Shown here one piece after another: positions 61,851 to 64,000 of a stretch of DNA of 64,000 nucleotides. The translations under genes were made by a program, and so were the position numbers. Position 1 is the first letter of the stretch. Every line of letters starts with the position of its first letter. The notes beneath the pieces are model-generated. The model had not been told where the DNA came from. It was given only the letters and a program-made list of their open reading frames with translations, and made no database searches. This DNA comes from a candidate division FCPU426 bacterium (lineage in GTDB: Bacteria; Oederibacteriota; Muellerivitia; Muellerivitales; Muellerivitaceae): contig CAVYSE010000028.1 in assembly GCA_963771075.1 (NCBI GenBank), forward strand, positions 256,001 through 320,000, in the 5' to 3' direction.

Positions 61851-62955
61851 CAACTGGTCCCCTTTCCGTTGAGAAGTTCGGACAGATCCTTGGCGTAAGC
61901 CTGGTTGCCCTCGGGTGTCAAATGGCAATGATCGAGGAATAGAGCCGGTTCATAACGGTTGGACCAATCCCGGAAATCCATGCCTTGGAAATAATGGGTG
62001 TGACCTCATGAACGTTCGCAAGGTTTTTCCGGTTGAATTCATAACTTGGGCGGTCCAGATAATCACCCATAAATCCGGGATTCTGCGGAGACAAAATTAC
62101 CTCCACCGGAACGCCGCATTCTTTCAACCTTCCCAAAAGGAGGTCCAAGCTTTGAAAGGGCAGTGCGTCTGCCGGCCAATGATAGGCCTGGTAATAGGTC
62201 GCGATCTTGAGCTTCAACCCCGCCTCCACGAAATCCGAATCCTCCTTGGGCGGTCCCATGACATGCTCAAGCTGTCGCTGGAAAAAATCCTTCTGGCTGG
62301 GGTAATACCATAGATTTTTTGCCATTTGACTTTCGCGAAAAAGGAAACAATGACGGGATAGGAAGCCGTAGAGTTGGTCGCTCAGGGCGTTTTCTTCCGT
62401 CCGCTTGGGGTCGGTCCCAATGGCTTGAAGTATGGAGGAGGGCAGGTCTTCCTTCAAAAATTCCCGAGAGAGGGCCTTTGGGCCGGACGCGAAATCTTGG
62501 GCGAACATCCGGAAGTTGAGGATCAAAAGAATTTTTTCCGGCGGGAGTTGATTTGGAGGAATGTTTCCCCGCTGGATTTCACCTGCCAACGCCGCCAGAT
62601 CGGGCAGGAGGGCCCCGTCCGCCCCGAGGGGAATGAGATGACTCCCCCTTCCGCTCAATTCTTGGTTTAAATAAATCCCCAAGGTCTTTTGCCGGGCTTT
62701 CGGCAGGCGGTGTTCCATCAAGGCAGTCGCTCCCAGGATGCTATCCCCCAGTGCCAACACCCGGGGCCCCTCCCCGGGTGCCATGTAACGCAACCGGTCC
62801 CGGATCTCGGCAAGGCTTGTGAAATCCGAGGTCAAATTGAATTGGCGGTACCAAAAACCCGACGGCACGGACAGGCGCAAGAATAGTTCGAATAGAAAAA
62901 TTAAGCCCAACAGAGAAACCAGGGCACCTTGAGCAAGTTTCTTTGAAAAGGTCAT
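61850..62955 (-). CDS. Membrane-anchored SGNH-fold acyltransferase (DltD/AlgJ-like; frameshift near 62000)
   Basis: N-terminal TM helix; ALGDS; the rebuilt C-terminus FLDHCHLTPEGN supplies the DxxH motif. Confidence 0.8.
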
Positions 62956-63186
62956 TTGATTTGGCCGGCAGAGTAGGAGGATGACTTGAATAGGCGAAGA
63001 ATTAATTTCAAAGTTCGCAGATCCATCCTCCTAAAAGCTGACGTTCCTGCCCGAAAAGGGGAAAAACTAAAAAAAGCCATGCTCATCAAGATGACTAAAA
63101 CCCAAAACAAAGTTCAAAGGCCCTAAAGTATCATTTTCCGGAAAGGAACCCTGTTCCTGGATCCGGCACTCGCGAGAATGATTCCT

Positions 63187-63723
63187 TTAATAAAATTCCA
63201 CCGCGGAGAATATTTTTTTCATCCTAGCTTCGGTCAGGGGTTTATTTTCTTTCGACCATTCGACCGCCGATGTCCGGGAGAACTCATAATGGGCCACCCG
63301 GTGCATGGTATTCCAGCGGGGTTGTCCGTAATTATCCCGTTGCAGTACGTAGACAATATCTACCTTGGCCAGATCCGAGGTCGCCGTTTCAGGTTGGAGT
63401 TTCACGGCCATTTCCAGCGCCGATTCGGCCAAGCGCCTTTTCTTGTCCTTGCCCTTGAAATTATCCCTTAAATCCTGGGCGTTCCAGAAAAAATGGACAT
63501 AATCGGTTTTGTCGGTGACTTGGGCGTTATCCTTGAACCATTCATCCCAGGGAACGGCATCCATCGACCATTTTTTGATAAGGGCGTGGTGCTGGACAGG
63601 AACCGCCATCGTGGAAAGGGTATCCGACCCGTTCATATCCGCCGTCGGGGTCGCCAGGGGCTCTTGAGCCGAAGCCATCCTTGCGATGATTAAAAAGCTC
63701 AAGAACAAAACGATTTTTCTCAT
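63187..63723 (-). CDS. Exported hypothetical protein, paralogue of 59962-60450
   Basis: Signal peptide ASA-Q; YVHFFWNAQD...RLAESALEM...KVDIVYVLQRDNYG. Confidence 0.8.
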   Translation of the reverse strand: MRKIVLFLSFLIIARMASAQEPLATPTADMNGSDTLSTMAVPVQHHALIKKWSMDAVPWDEWFKDNAQVTDKTDYVHFFWNAQDLRDNFKGKDKKRRLAESALEMAVKLQPETATSDLAKVDIVYVLQRDNYGQPRWNTMHRVAHYEFSRTSAVEWSKENKPLTEARMKKIFSAVEFY

Positions 63724-64000
63724 TTTCGATTCCCTTCCCCGCCCTTGTTTATACTCAATTAGCCCGCAACAAGAGGTAAAACGCAAGGATGTCCTACGAA
63801 AACAACCCCTCAACATCGCATAAAGATATGCGATTTGATAATTTCCATAAAGTACATTATGGCTTGGGCTTTCTCAAAATGGGTTAGGATGGGATAAAAT
63901 AAAAAGGTTCGGACTTTTGAACCCCTTGGTCATGAGGGGGTTTACCTAAGGGCTTTACCGGGGGAAAAATGAAAAAGCTATGGATTCCCATTTTACTTTT

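Noticed and set aside
62952..63026. Small ORF MDLRTLKLILRLFKSSSYSAGQIK upstream of the SGNH gene
   Set aside because: Only 24 codons, the RBS-like sequence abuts the ATG, and nothing else supports it.

Overview
This is a 64-kb chromosomal window from a moderately GC-rich bacterium with an outer membrane (TolC and TRAP transporter genes are present). Core genes include a glycogen-debranching enzyme, glnE plus a P-II gene, pcm, an ABC-2 exporter, a TetR/ECF-sigma/TolC/2xRND efflux locus, a TPAT-type TRAP transporter, the glycine-cleavage and lipoylation genes (lipA, a fused gcvP, gcvH, gcvT, lpdA, a lipoate ligase-family gene), prfC, an ErpA/IscA carrier, nadE, a QueD-like gene, a SRAP-family gene and tRNA-Val(CAC). 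Many housekeeping genes are split by single-base frameshifts, most likely sequencing indels, so I rebuilt several gene models across frames. Accessory content includes toxin-antitoxin modules, a Y1 (RAYT-like) transposase element that is partly duplicated and interrupted by an intact IS4-family element with a 9-bp target duplication, and several families of short palindromic repeats. Most unusual observations: (1) an 819-aa ParB-like CTPase/HTH protein with membrane segments and a distal C-terminal domain; (2) an MBOAT + DltX-like peptide (ending FIYVDF) + SGNH acylation cluster bracketed by two paralogous exported proteins; (3) a ~78-bp CA-flanked two-hairpin mini-element, two of whose three copies interrupt other repeats; (4) a GIY-YIG gene bracketed by GTCATTGCGAG palindromes that also occur as gene-less doublets; (5) several full-length proteins with degenerate active sites (PncA-like, RAYT-like, YfcE-like, MrpD-like) and a P-II lacking Tyr51; (6) a shared ECF-type promoter upstream of four genes. 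I saw no CRISPR array and no rRNA gene. All family calls come from motif recognition by eye, not database searches.
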